From a virus (taxonomy: Duplodnaviria > Caudoviricetes): a stretch of 50,589 nucleotides of DNA. The stretch spans positions 1 to 50,589 of IMG/VR virus record IMGVR_UViG_3300033150_001454; one strand, written 5' to 3'. A program made the position numbers and the translations under genes. Positions 34,788-44,316 of this stretch are shown here, piece after piece. Numbering within the stretch: the first letter of the stretch is position 1; each line of letters begins with the position of its first letter. Below the pieces are notes generated by a model. It searched no databases. It was not told the DNA's origin and saw only the letters and a program-made list of their open reading frames with translations.

Positions 34788-36023
34788 TTACCATTCCATG
34801 AATGCGAAGCCAGGTATAGTCGATCCCTTTCTCAAGCCCCACGCAGCCAGCGCTAATGCAATAACACAGTCATCATGGAACCCTTTAGGAGCATTATATT
34901 TATGCTTTCCACTAGACGTAGTCTCTACTCCAAATACTTCTATCTCGTTCAGGAGTTCTGGAATCTCAGGGAACGTTATTTCAGCTTGCTCCAGCATCAA
35001 TGCTAAGTTGTCTATCAGAGCTACCTTCTTTGTTGGACTCAAGTAGTAAGGCTTTACTCTTGGATATAATTGGAGTATAAAATCGTATATGGGATCTCCT
35101 AATCCCGTAGAATCGACGAATAGCTCTGCATTGTACTGAGATACGAGGTTGATGACCCGCTTAACTTGAAGGGGCCAATCAACGCTCTTGAATCTATCGA
35201 ATGCTACGAGATGACCGTGCTCATCCAGAATGATGACAACCGTGAAGTCAGTCCTTTTGCCGAAGTCTACGCCAGCCACGTAACTCTTGTCTGAGGATGG
35301 AGGCTCAAAGTCCCCTTTAATGTTCAGGACCTTATTAGTTGCAGGATTGCGCCTGAGTCTGAATACTGAACCCAGATCAGATAAGAACTCAGCGCCAAAT
35401 TCCTGTCTGAAGAGCCTCTCGGGCATGCCCTTCCTTGCAGACTCTATCTCCTTAGGATCGATGTACGGATTAGTCCAAGTGGGAAAATGAAAGCTCTCCC
35501 ACTCACTTCCCTCTATCTTGCCCATCATGTATACTTCATAGAACCAATTCAAGCCCTTAGGAGTGGAAATGAACAATGCCTTGCCGAATTTGTCGGGATC
35601 TGAAAGGCGCGGTCTGACACATTCAAACCACACTTCACGCCTCATTCTTGCACACTCATCCAAGACTACGAAGTCAAGACCCTGCGCTCTTAAGTGCTCG
35701 TAATCCTCAGTGCTCTTGAACCATATCCAGCTGTCATTCACCATCTTTATAGCCTTCTCAGAATGGTTTATCTTCGCTATCAGAGCTTTGGGCACCTCTT
35801 CTAAGAACATCCTCCACGCAACCAATACTTCAGACCAAGAGGGAGCTAACCACCATATCTTCGCTTTGGGTTTGCCCAAGTACCAGAGACACTCAAAGAT
35901 TCCCATCTTGGTCTTACCCCATCTGGCACCAGCTCTCACAACCCTGAATCGAGCCTTACTCCTATGCACTTGAGCTTGACCTGGATGCGGTCTATAGTCT
36001 ATCACTACTTGCTGGATCGACAT
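34788..36023 (-). CDS. terL: Terminase large subunit
   Basis: PHPGQ, GARWGKT, VVLDECA, ISTPKG, GVDFG...DFT, HDDCVIALALA. Confidence 0.95.
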   Translation of the reverse strand: MSIQQVVIDYRPHPGQAQVHRSKARFRVVRAGARWGKTKMGIFECLWYLGKPKAKIWWLAPSWSEVLVAWRMFLEEVPKALIAKINHSEKAIKMVNDSWIWFKSTEDYEHLRAQGLDFVVLDECARMRREVWFECVRPRLSDPDKFGKALFISTPKGLNWFYEVYMMGKIEGSEWESFHFPTWTNPYIDPKEIESARKGMPERLFRQEFGAEFLSDLGSVFRLRRNPATNKVLNIKGDFEPPSSDKSYVAGVDFGKRTDFTVVIILDEHGHLVAFDRFKSVDWPLQVKRVINLVSQYNAELFVDSTGLGDPIYDFILQLYPRVKPYYLSPTKKVALIDNLALMLEQAEITFPEIPELLNEIEVFGVETTSSGKHKYNAPKGFHDDCVIALALAAWGLRKGSTIPGFAFMEW

Positions 36024-36134
36024 TCTTCTACCCCAATTTCTGACTCAATGAAATCATAATGCGCTGATAACGATTTAAGTATCCTGTTTATCTTCAATAT
36101 CTTGCGCTCTTCCTTGAGCACTTGAAGTATTTCT

Positions 36135-37001
36135 TTATCCATCTCTAAGATAATCAGATATCCTGGGAGGCTTAAATAGGTAATGGTGTATGAGTATCCT
36201 ATCCTGCTCGTCTATGAAGAGTATGACACCTCCAATGTGAGGCTGCATTTTACCATACAGCCTTATCGTGCCCCTATACGGAAACCATGCACACCATCCT
36301 GGTACTTGAAGTATGTGTTGGTTAGGTAAATGTATATGGATAAATCTATGCCAGTGCGCTCTAACCACTACATCAGGCAAGAATTCCAAATCTCCAAGAC
36401 CATAAGCTGCAGCTTCGAATAATGCTTCTCGATCCATCAATGTAGTTCTGTAGATGCTTGCTCCAGATACGCCGTGTGCTAGATTGAGTATTCGATTTGT
36501 GCCCTTAAGCCTGATATTAGCCATCAAACCGTGGAAGTGAGCTTCTTCTGCAACATCCTCAAGCTCCTTAGTCAGATCATAATGTATCCTCGTATCTATG
36601 GATTCATGATAAGGAGTACCAGATAAACAATGTACTATCTTATTAGTACATAGTTTGTACAATAAGAGATAAGCTGCATCCTTCTGTTCATCAAGATTCG
36701 TCGTTATCGTATCAATTCCTCTTCCTGCAGGATTGTTGCCCTGTATGATATCACCTAATAAGATGACAGTATCTATTCCCCAAGCATCGCATATTTCTTC
36801 CCACTTCTTCCAGTACTCGTAGAGAAGTACTTGCCCTGCATTTCTGGATGCGCTAAGATCATTTCCTTCTTTACTGATAACGTCAGGCGGAAATATTGCA
36901 TACCTAGATCCAACATGAGTATCAGCTACGAATGCTACTACTCGTTTGAACTTTTGAGTCAGTTCTCTAGGGCGAGCGGGAGGCGTCCACTTCTCGCTCA
37001 A
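36135..37001 (-). CDS. Calcineurin-like metallophosphoesterase
   Basis: ADTHVG, LGDIIQG, GTPYH, AHG, AHWH. Confidence 0.8.
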   Translation of the reverse strand: MSEKWTPPARPRELTQKFKRVVAFVADTHVGSRYAIFPPDVISKEGNDLSASRNAGQVLLYEYWKKWEEICDAWGIDTVILLGDIIQGNNPAGRGIDTITTNLDEQKDAAYLLLYKLCTNKIVHCLSGTPYHESIDTRIHYDLTKELEDVAEEAHFHGLMANIRLKGTNRILNLAHGVSGASIYRTTLMDREALFEAAAYGLGDLEFLPDVVVRAHWHRFIHIHLPNQHILQVPGWCAWFPYRGTIRLYGKMQPHIGGVILFIDEQDRILIHHYLFKPPRISDYLRDG

Positions 37002-37210
37002 CCTTCATAAATCTCCTCTAGCTTCTTAAGGAGTTCGTAGTCTATCATACTCCCTCTCGGAAATGCTAAGTTAAGTGTCCTTGCTTTTTGGTTTACAGCA
37101 TTCATTGATCTGCCCAGTACTCTTGCTAATTCTCGAGTTGGCATCTTGCCGTAATGCTTCTTAAGAATCTTCACCTCTTCCTCTGACCATCTTCTCGTTA
37201 ATTTAGTCAT
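36998..37210 (-). CDS. Myb/HTH-like DNA-binding protein
   Basis: WSEEEVKILKKHY...ELARVLGRS..AV.QKA. Confidence 0.75.
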   Translation of the reverse strand: MTKLTRRWSEEEVKILKKHYGKMPTRELARVLGRSMNAVNQKARTLNLAFPRGSMIDYELLKKLEEIYEG

Positions 37211-37649
37211 CTTCTTTCTTCTCCTTCTTAATTGGAATCGTGATCCTGAAGGCTTCTTCTTTCAGCTCCTCGTTCAGACCAGCTCCCCATACTATTTCAA
37301 TCCTTGGGGGCGATACTTCTTCTCCTAATAGCTTCGATCTATCCTCCAAGATCTTCAAGAATTCCTTAAGGGTCATTTGTTCAAAGAATTTATCTGGATT
37401 TTCACTGAAATATTTTAAGAATTGGTCGTAATACTCAAGCGTGGAGAGGATCTTCTTATCCGTCCCTATCTTCTTCATCTTCTTGAGCTGTCTTATCTCT
37501 GCCGCCAAATGATTCTTCTTATGCCTCTGTACTGAGTGATATGGCAAGTTAAATTTCTGAGCTACTACTCGAATGGGGACTCCTTTAAGCAATAAATCGT
37601 TTATCTCCACAACATCAGGATGCTCACATGTCTTGCATACTCGTACCAT
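37203..37649 (-). CDS. Probable terminase small subunit (HTH)
   Basis: CKTCEHP...I...L..G...R.VAQKF.L...SVQRH..NH; upstream of terL. Confidence 0.6.
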   Translation of the reverse strand: MVRVCKTCEHPDVVEINDLLLKGVPIRVVAQKFNLPYHSVQRHKKNHLAAEIRQLKKMKKIGTDKKILSTLEYYDQFLKYFSENPDKFFEQMTLKEFLKILEDRSKLLGEEVSPPRIEIVWGAGLNEELKEEAFRITIPIKKEKKEDD

Positions 37650-37661
37650 TTCTAGATCCTC

Positions 37662-37973
37662 CTATGTAGATAATAGGACGACTCTATGCAGATGCACGGC
37701 GTCTTTAGCTTTCTCCATCCATTCTTCTGCATCTTGGTAGCCAGATTTCCGCACATAGTCCTCCAAGTCCTCTTTCCCAAAGATTCTGCCTAGATATTCC
37801 ACTCTGGCTGTCTTGCCTGTATTTGGAGGATTAAGTATGAGCCTGGATAGCACCACGTAAACGCCGCTCTTAATCGTCTTCCTGAGGGTGAATACCTCTC
37901 CATGTGTCATCAAGTAGTTAAATGACCTGGGATAATTGAACCAGATAACTCCTTCGACCAGTTCGATCACCAA
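37662..37973 (-). CDS. ASCH/PUA-like protein
   Basis: G.VFTLRK, YVRKSGY..AEEW pattern. Confidence 0.45.
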   Translation of the reverse strand: MVIELVEGVIWFNYPRSFNYLMTHGEVFTLRKTIKSGVYVVLSRLILNPPNTGKTARVEYLGRIFGKEDLEDYVRKSGYQDAEEWMEKAKDAVHLHRVVLLST

Positions 37974-38108
37974 TCGCTAATAACACAAACTGCTATTTAA
38001 GTTCTACTATACAAGTTTAGAATAACATATTAATTTAATATATATTTATAAATAATCTATCCAGCAAGTCTTATATATACACGCTTATCTATGAATAATG
38101 GATGAACT

Positions 38109-38543
38109 ATGGGATATGCTGATACGCTTAAGGGAGTAAAGACTTCGCTTTTAGATATGATAAAGGCTACATCCTCATTCAGTGCATCCAATACTTTCGC
38201 TGATTATATTAAGGATTTAGAAGGGGTAAGCTATCCTGTGGCCTTCCTCAGGTTGAGAGAAGATAGACCTGAGATGAGCGGACCTTCTCACTCATACCAT
38301 CACTTCATCTGGCGCATAGAGATCCATCATAAGGGAACTGGTACAGAATCAGACTTAAACAGCATAATCGATCTTGTAGGAGAAATCATAGACCAGATGG
38401 AGAGTGATAGGACTTTAGGGAATTCTGATATTCAGACTACTGAAGAACTAAGGACTTCATATTCTTGGAGAAGAATAGCATCAGCCATTTTCTATTATGC
38501 ATTCATAGAGTTGGATACAAGAGTCATACGAGTGACTTCATAA
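38109..38543 (+). CDS. Tail terminator/completion-like protein
   Basis: Start of tail operon; SYPVAF, DRTLG motif; paralog of 43062..43496. Confidence 0.6.
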   Translation: MGYADTLKGVKTSLLDMIKATSSFSASNTFADYIKDLEGVSYPVAFLRLREDRPEMSGPSHSYHHFIWRIEIHHKGTGTESDLNSIIDLVGEIIDQMESDRTLGNSDIQTTEELRTSYSWRRIASAIFYYAFIELDTRVIRVTS

Positions 38544-38622
38544 ATTAATCACCAAAATCCTTAAATAATTTCGAGCATCGATTACTTAATGAATGAATGA
38601 TGAGTGAGGATGGAGAAGGCAG

Positions 38623-39087
38623 TTGTCAGTATACGTAGAGTATTCTATAGACAGGAGTCTGGAAGAGCTACCAGAGCTTTTAAGAGATGACGAGAGATTT
38701 TGGCAGAGGCTTCTAGGAAGGGTCGGCAGAGAAGGAGAGAATATCATGCGTGAAGAGGCTCCCGTGAGAACAGGTGCTCTTCAATCACTTATACATTATG
38801 AAACTCGAATCATGGATAGAGAAGTTCATATAAAATGTGAAGCCGAGTATGCAGCTGCAGCTGAACGAGGAACTAGACCTCACGATATAATTCTTTCCAA
38901 GCCTCTTAGTTTGAAGGACAAGGCTATGAGAGAAGGCAAGAAAAATTTATTCTTTAGGGCTGGGACTGTACTGCATCATCCTGGCACTGAAGCAAATTCA
39001 TTTGGCAAGAGAACTAGAGATAGATTGTCCAAAAGAGTTGATGATATAACGGTTGAAGAAATAGGGAGGTGGCTTAAGATTCGCTGA
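38623..39087 (+). CDS. HK97 gp10-like neck protein
   Basis: APVRTGAL..S, YA...E.GTRPH.I, HHPGT. Confidence 0.85.
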   Translation: MSVYVEYSIDRSLEELPELLRDDERFWQRLLGRVGREGENIMREEAPVRTGALQSLIHYETRIMDREVHIKCEAEYAAAAERGTRPHDIILSKPLSLKDKAMREGKKNLFFRAGTVLHHPGTEANSFGKRTRDRLSKRVDDITVEEIGRWLKIR

Positions 39088-39141
39088 AGCTATCTATATA
39101 TGAGATAGCTCAGTAGAGAATCATAGGAGGTAAAGAAAGAG

Positions 39142-40125
39142 ATGGTGAGATTCATAGGGATCGGAAAGGAATCGACCTACAGGACGGCCGTATCAGTAAC
39201 CGAATACATAGATGTAATAAGCGAAAGCATAGAGCCAAGCTGGGATCGAGTGAAGCTCGAACAAGCAGGATACAGATTCGCCACTGATAAGCTTCCAGGA
39301 GGTTTTAAGGAGACAGGCTCTATAGACCTCTACGTGGATGCACAGAGTATAAGCAAGTTCTTCGAAGGACTGCTCGGAAGTGTCTCCACATCAGACGACG
39401 GTCAATCCCCAGTAGTTGCATACAAGCACACGATAACTCCAGCCACATCACTGCCCTCATACACGCTTGAAGTGTTCCCTGAATCGCCTGCGACTTACTC
39501 CAGACAGATAGCTGGCACTGGAATACTCTCAATGAGGCTAGAAGCTGAAGCTGGATCTCCTATAACCGCATCAATAGGCATTCTTGGAGCAAAAGAAAGC
39601 TTGATAAGCCCCTCATCAACAAGCCCTACATTCGCTAATGTTTCTCCACTGCCATTCAACAATTCAAGCGTAGAGATGGAAGACTCTGCGATTGCGACGG
39701 TGGAAGCATTCAGACTCGATATATCCAATACGATACCAGACGATGCATTCGTGCTCAACGATATGTTTCTACCAGCGCTGAGGCTTGAAGGAGGAGAAGT
39801 AACTGGAGAGATGGACATAGCCTTTACAGCTTGGAGCTACTACCAGAGATTCTACGGATCAGCCAGTGCAACAGAACCGTCAGAAAGCCCTTCAACCGTG
39901 AAGATAGAGCTCATAGGTACTGGAGGTTCTACAGGATCTTCAGGCGCTGGATACGAGAACTACAGCTTGCATATAACACTGCCTAAATGCAGGCTCGATA
40001 CATCAAGGGCTAACTTCGATAGAAGGAGCAGGATAGTACAGAGGTTAGGATTCGAAGCCCTATACGATAGCTCGAGTGGCTATGCGATACAGGTGGAGAT
40101 AGTCAATACCAAGTCAGCTCCTTAG
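39142..40125 (+). CDS. Major tail tube protein
   Basis: IGIGKESTY, HTITP...LPSYTLE, ISN, VTGE; GGAGGT RBS. Confidence 0.85.
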   Translation: MVRFIGIGKESTYRTAVSVTEYIDVISESIEPSWDRVKLEQAGYRFATDKLPGGFKETGSIDLYVDAQSISKFFEGLLGSVSTSDDGQSPVVAYKHTITPATSLPSYTLEVFPESPATYSRQIAGTGILSMRLEAEAGSPITASIGILGAKESLISPSSTSPTFANVSPLPFNNSSVEMEDSAIATVEAFRLDISNTIPDDAFVLNDMFLPALRLEGGEVTGEMDIAFTAWSYYQRFYGSASATEPSESPSTVKIELIGTGGSTGSSGAGYENYSLHITLPKCRLDTSRANFDRRSRIVQRLGFEALYDSSSGYAIQVEIVNTKSAP

Positions 40126-40138
40126 GAGGTGAACTAAA

Positions 40139-40540
40139 CTGGTACAAAAGCCGATTTCTCCTAAGGAGTATAGGAAGAAGGCTCCATCCACAAAGCTGGT
40201 CGAATTGCCATCCGGCGCCGTATTCGAGATAAAGCAGATAGACATCCCTACGCTTAATGAACTTCAGAAGGTATTCGGGAAGATGCCGACTACACAATTG
40301 AGTTCTGAGAACATCGCTGAATATCTTCCTGAACTTACAAAGATATTGTTACCAAACGGAGTGGCACAGCCTGAGGTGACAATAGAACCAACTGAAAATT
40401 CGTTAGGCATAAACGAGATAAATATAGGCGACCAGATAACTCTCATATTCGAGATAATGGACTTCAGCGGGATAGGTGAGGCGGGACAGAGGCTTAGGCG
40501 CTCCTTTCGCAGACGGACCACTAGGAAGGCTAGTAGCTAA
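40139..40540 (+). CDS. Tail assembly chaperone (probable CTG start)
   Basis: Between tail tube and tape measure; GGAGGTGA at 40125-40132, in-frame CTG at 40139; VELPSG motif. Confidence 0.7.
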   Translation: MVQKPISPKEYRKKAPSTKLVELPSGAVFEIKQIDIPTLNELQKVFGKMPTTQLSSENIAEYLPELTKILLPNGVAQPEVTIEPTENSLGINEINIGDQITLIFEIMDFSGIGEAGQRLRRSFRRRTTRKASS

Positions 40541-40712
40541 CATGAGCGTAATGCTCCACATTCGACCTTCAGACTTAGTAGAGCTTGAAGGTGGAAGTGT
40601 GGAGAGGCTCCTATTTGATGCTGTCGTGCTCAGTAAGGCAGATGTGACTGAGCCTACCAGTACGAAAGAATTGATAAGGAGATCGAGGGCGAGGCTGGGA
40701 TTGTATGTCTGA
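40506..40712 (+). CDS. Tail assembly chaperone C-terminal extension reached by +1 frameshift
   Basis: TTT-CGC at 40505-40510 joins ...RSF to ADGPLGRL...RPSDL in the +1 frame. Confidence 0.65.
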   Translation, partial: FADGPLGRLVANMSVMLHIRPSDLVELEGGSVERLLFDAVVLSKADVTEPTSTKELIRRSRARLGLYV

Positions 40713-42657
40713 GAGAAGAGTGGATGTAATAGTAAGATGGCTGGAAGAACATCCAGAAGTCAAGGAAAAGCTAGCGAAAAGCATCGATGAAATAAGAACG
40801 AGATTTCCAGCCCTTGCACAGGCTACCTCTGCTGTTATTTCTAAAATGAGGGAATTTGGCAAAACATTCCAGCAAATTAATTTTCGAACCGCAGAAGGTG
40901 CAACAAGTCTTGCAGAATTAAGTGATAGAATGCAACGAGCTTTAATTTCCGTCGGAAGTCTTGATGCACGATACGTTGATTTTGTAAAAACTGCACAGAT
41001 TGCTATGAGGGAACTGCGTAAATCTGGTCTTTCTACAGACGAATTACGAATCGCAATGTCAAGACTGAATGAGATCGCAAAGGAAGTAGCTCAGAGTATT
41101 GGTGAAAAAGAAGCACCAGCCCTTCTCCTTACCAATGAAATCTTGAATCGTCAATTACGGGGAATCCAATCTGTTTCACAAAGGATGGAAAGATGGTCCA
41201 GAAGAATTAATATTCTGGGATGGCGTCTTTCATGGATGGCTTATAGGCTCATGATGATGGGCAGGATCATAACGAGATGGATGCTCAGACCCGTAAACTT
41301 TGCCATAAATGCTCTGACAAGATGGGAGAGATCCCTTGATACAGTTGCTACTTCTATGGGTTTGTTGGCGGCTACAGGACAGCTTACGGGAGAAAGACAA
41401 GAATTCTTACAAAGGACGATGGATGCGTTAATAGAGGAAGGACCGAAGATACAAGGAGCTTTTCAATATGTTCAATCTGCTATGATAGGCTTAGTGACTC
41501 AAGCTGGTGAACCTCTTTCTCAATTTTTCTTTGCACTTGGTGATATGATAGCTTCTCTTGCTCCTATCATTGAATCAGCGGTCATCCCTGCTTTGACTGA
41601 GCTTGTTAAAATATTTATCCAGTGGTTGCCAACAATTAAAGAAATTATCGAGCTTGCTTTACCTCCATTCATTGAAGGCTTGAAGGAAATAGGACCGCTA
41701 CTTTTAGGCTTCTTAAATTGGATTAAGCCTCTCATCCCATTTCTTGCAAGATTAGCAGGTATGTTCGCACCATTCGCAATGCTTTTAACAGGTATAGGCA
41801 TGGCTCTCTATTTCATCACTCCGGCTCTTCAATTATTTTCTGGACTATTAGGCGGTTTGCCCAAAATCTTCAGTTTTGTTAAAGACCATATCGGGGCATT
41901 CAGGACTGCTTTAAGCTTCTTGAGGGGAGGCTTCGGTAAAGTAGTAGGCTTCATTACGGGTCCTCTTAAGTCTGCATTCGGCACTCTTGTTGGAGTATTT
42001 AGCAAAGTTGGAAGCTTTATCGGAAGTGTACTGACTAAGGCTATTTCAGGATTAGGCTCGATGTTCAGCTTCTTGGCTGCACACCCCATCGCATTAGTGA
42101 TTATTGCGATAGGTGCATTGATTGGTATTCTCATTTACCTTTATAATACGAATGAGGATTTCAGGAATGCTGTGGATAACGCATGGAACACCATCAGGAG
42201 CACTATTTTAAGTGCCATAGAAGCCATACAAGGAGCATTTAAGAGTTTCTTGGATTGGATTGATGGTCTAAGAAAAGGATTCACTGATTTTGTGTCTGGG
42301 ATTACGAGATTGTTTGGAGGCGTCACTCAGCAGACTGAAGAATTTAAGAAGAGTCAGGAAGAATTAGGAGAGACAATCGAAGATATGTATGGTCATTCGA
42401 TAGGCAGGGTAATTGCAAGAGATCTTTCCTATGCGATAGACAGCGTACAAGAAGCTCAAAGAGTCTTCAGTAGAGCTAATCTCGGTATCACTGGAGGTGT
42501 AGGAGTGGGAGTACCTGGTGCTACCACTGCTACTCAATACATCAATATCTCAGCTCCCATAACTATAGAGTCCATATCTAGTGAGTTAGATTTAGATACC
42601 GTAAGAGATGCAGTTACTGATGCGTTAAGCGATGCGATAAGGAGGGTAAGGCGATGA
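40705..42657 (+). CDS. Tape measure protein
   Basis: 650 aa helical/hydrophobic; LY.TNEDFRNAVD.AW, GHSI motifs; follows the chaperones. Confidence 0.9.
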   Translation: MSERRVDVIVRWLEEHPEVKEKLAKSIDEIRTRFPALAQATSAVISKMREFGKTFQQINFRTAEGATSLAELSDRMQRALISVGSLDARYVDFVKTAQIAMRELRKSGLSTDELRIAMSRLNEIAKEVAQSIGEKEAPALLLTNEILNRQLRGIQSVSQRMERWSRRINILGWRLSWMAYRLMMMGRIITRWMLRPVNFAINALTRWERSLDTVATSMGLLAATGQLTGERQEFLQRTMDALIEEGPKIQGAFQYVQSAMIGLVTQAGEPLSQFFFALGDMIASLAPIIESAVIPALTELVKIFIQWLPTIKEIIELALPPFIEGLKEIGPLLLGFLNWIKPLIPFLARLAGMFAPFAMLLTGIGMALYFITPALQLFSGLLGGLPKIFSFVKDHIGAFRTALSFLRGGFGKVVGFITGPLKSAFGTLVGVFSKVGSFIGSVLTKAISGLGSMFSFLAAHPIALVIIAIGALIGILIYLYNTNEDFRNAVDNAWNTIRSTILSAIEAIQGAFKSFLDWIDGLRKGFTDFVSGITRLFGGVTQQTEEFKKSQEELGETIEDMYGHSIGRVIARDLSYAIDSVQEAQRVFSRANLGITGGVGVGVPGATTATQYINISAPITIESISSELDLDTVRDAVTDALSDAIRRVRR

Positions 42658-43061
42658 CTTGGACTGTAGGACCCATAGATCTTGAGAGGAATCCCGAAAA
42701 GGTATCGAAGAAGGCTTCTCAAGCTCTGAAATCAGTGACCATCTTAGGTCAGAATCCATTCTTATATTCTCTAGGGTCGAAGCCTGCAGTCGTCTCATTT
42801 GAAGTATGGCTTTCAGATAATAATGCTATCTCTCTAGCGGAGATCGAGAGGAATACTGATATTCAGCCAATCAGACTCACAGGAGCTGATGAATACGATG
42901 GTTTCTATTACGTAAGCGGAGTGAATGAGGTGACGAAGGCTGGATTCGTTGGCTATAAGTTTATGAAAGTAGAGTTATATCTATATGGAGGATTAGGATC
43001 CTACATCCAAGGCTCTAAGATAACAAGTCTGAGTTCGGTTACTAATGATTGGGGAATCTAG
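42654..43061 (+). CDS. Distal tail (Dit)-like protein
   Basis: Follows tape measure; ends ITSLSSVTNDWGI; paralog of 43481..43915. Confidence 0.5.
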   Translation: MTWTVGPIDLERNPEKVSKKASQALKSVTILGQNPFLYSLGSKPAVVSFEVWLSDNNAISLAEIERNTDIQPIRLTGADEYDGFYYVSGVNEVTKAGFVGYKFMKVELYLYGGLGSYIQGSKITSLSSVTNDWGI

Positions 43062-43496
43062 ATGACTGAAGTATACGAGATAATAGACGATATGTATGAT
43101 GCGTTAAAGAGTAAGCTGGATGAGCTGGTTACTGATGGTACTCTACAAGAAGTTATAGAAGGATTCAGAGAAGAGTTACCCAGCTCGTATCCCGTAGTCT
43201 ACTTGCAGATTGCGGATCAGAGACTAGAAGAAGCTACGGTGAGCAAGGATACAGTCATTCTAGAGGCTGATGTGGTTGTAGAAAGCTTCTCCGCAAGTTC
43301 GCATGGCATAGGCATGAAGGAGGCTAGAGACTTGGGATGGAAGGTCTATTCGAAGCTTGTAGAGGATAGAACGCTAGGTGGAAATGTGGATTACAGTCGG
43401 ATTACCCAAGAAGAGATAGAGACCGAGATGTACCCTGATGGCTATCTCTTTCATGTAAATATATATGTAGAGTTGCATAAGTGGTATCTAGGATGA
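43062..43496 (+). CDS. Tail terminator-like protein, second copy
   Basis: SYPVVYL, EDRTLGG. Confidence 0.5.
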   Translation: MTEVYEIIDDMYDALKSKLDELVTDGTLQEVIEGFREELPSSYPVVYLQIADQRLEEATVSKDTVILEADVVVESFSASSHGIGMKEARDLGWKVYSKLVEDRTLGGNVDYSRITQEEIETEMYPDGYLFHVNIYVELHKWYLG

Positions 43497-43915
43497 ATGT
43501 AGGACCAGTTGAGGATGTGAGGATAAGCGGAATCGCGTTCGGCAACCTTAGCCATAGCCCGCTTAGAGACAGCATAGGGAGGATCAACATTAGCTCTGAA
43601 TCTTATAGTATCCAGAGAGACATAGAAGTGGAAAGCTGGATCAAGACTGAGTCAGAATTCGACTCAATAAGCGCCTCATTAGTTGAGTTATCTTATAATA
43701 AATTAGTACAACCTGTATATGTAATAAGTACTGAATATAGTAATAAGATAAATGGATTCTATAAGCTGCAGAATGTAAGAAGAGAGAGCTTGAGTCCCAT
43801 AGCGTTCATAGAGTCTCTCAGATTTGAGTTGATATATGTTGGCAATACGGATACGCATATAAGAGGGTATGAGGTAACTTCTCTTAGCACAGTCACGAAT
43901 GATTGGAATATATGA
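43481..43915 (+). CDS. Dit-like protein, second copy
   Basis: NGFY, ends VTSLSTVTNDWNI. Confidence 0.5.
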   Translation: MVSRMNVGPVEDVRISGIAFGNLSHSPLRDSIGRINISSESYSIQRDIEVESWIKTESEFDSISASLVELSYNKLVQPVYVISTEYSNKINGFYKLQNVRRESLSPIAFIESLRFELIYVGNTDTHIRGYEVTSLSTVTNDWNI

Positions 43916-43925
43916 GGTGTCAAGT

Positions 43926-44069
43926 ATGGATAAATCGGCAGAATATGAACACATTGTAGTGAGAATAACAAAAGCTCAACTTGAAAGGCTAATCAAAGAA
44001 CTCAATCGAACAGGCATAGCTACAATAGAAGTGGATGATAGTCTCACTGTAACGATTAGGATGAGGTGA
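43926..44069 (+). CDS. Small hypothetical protein (47 aa, not in ORF track)
   Basis: GAGGTG RBS; MDKSAEYEH...RMR*. Confidence 0.5.
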   Translation: MDKSAEYEHIVVRITKAQLERLIKELNRTGIATIEVDDSLTVTIRMR

Positions 44070-44073
44070 TGAT

Positions 44074-44316
44074 ATGCTCAAGATAGTAGCCATAGGCAGT
44101 GAGGGAACGACTATAATCTTTGAGGTAGAATTCGACTTCAGAGATGAAGTGCATAGGATGACCATCAAGAAGACCATAGATGAGATGCTTCAGTTTGGGA
44201 GCAGAGAGGAATTCCTAGAATACATCAAGAAAGCTGTGACGCAGAAGAGATTAGCTCTGTTTGCTGACTATGCAGATGAACTAGTACCGCTTAACGAGGA
44301 TTTGGAGGCTGAGTGA
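44074..44316 (+). CDS. Hypothetical tail-region protein
   Basis: GAGGTGA RBS; ORF. Confidence 0.6.
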   Translation: MLKIVAIGSEGTTIIFEVEFDFRDEVHRMTIKKTIDEMLQFGSREEFLEYIKKAVTQKRLALFADYADELVPLNEDLEAE

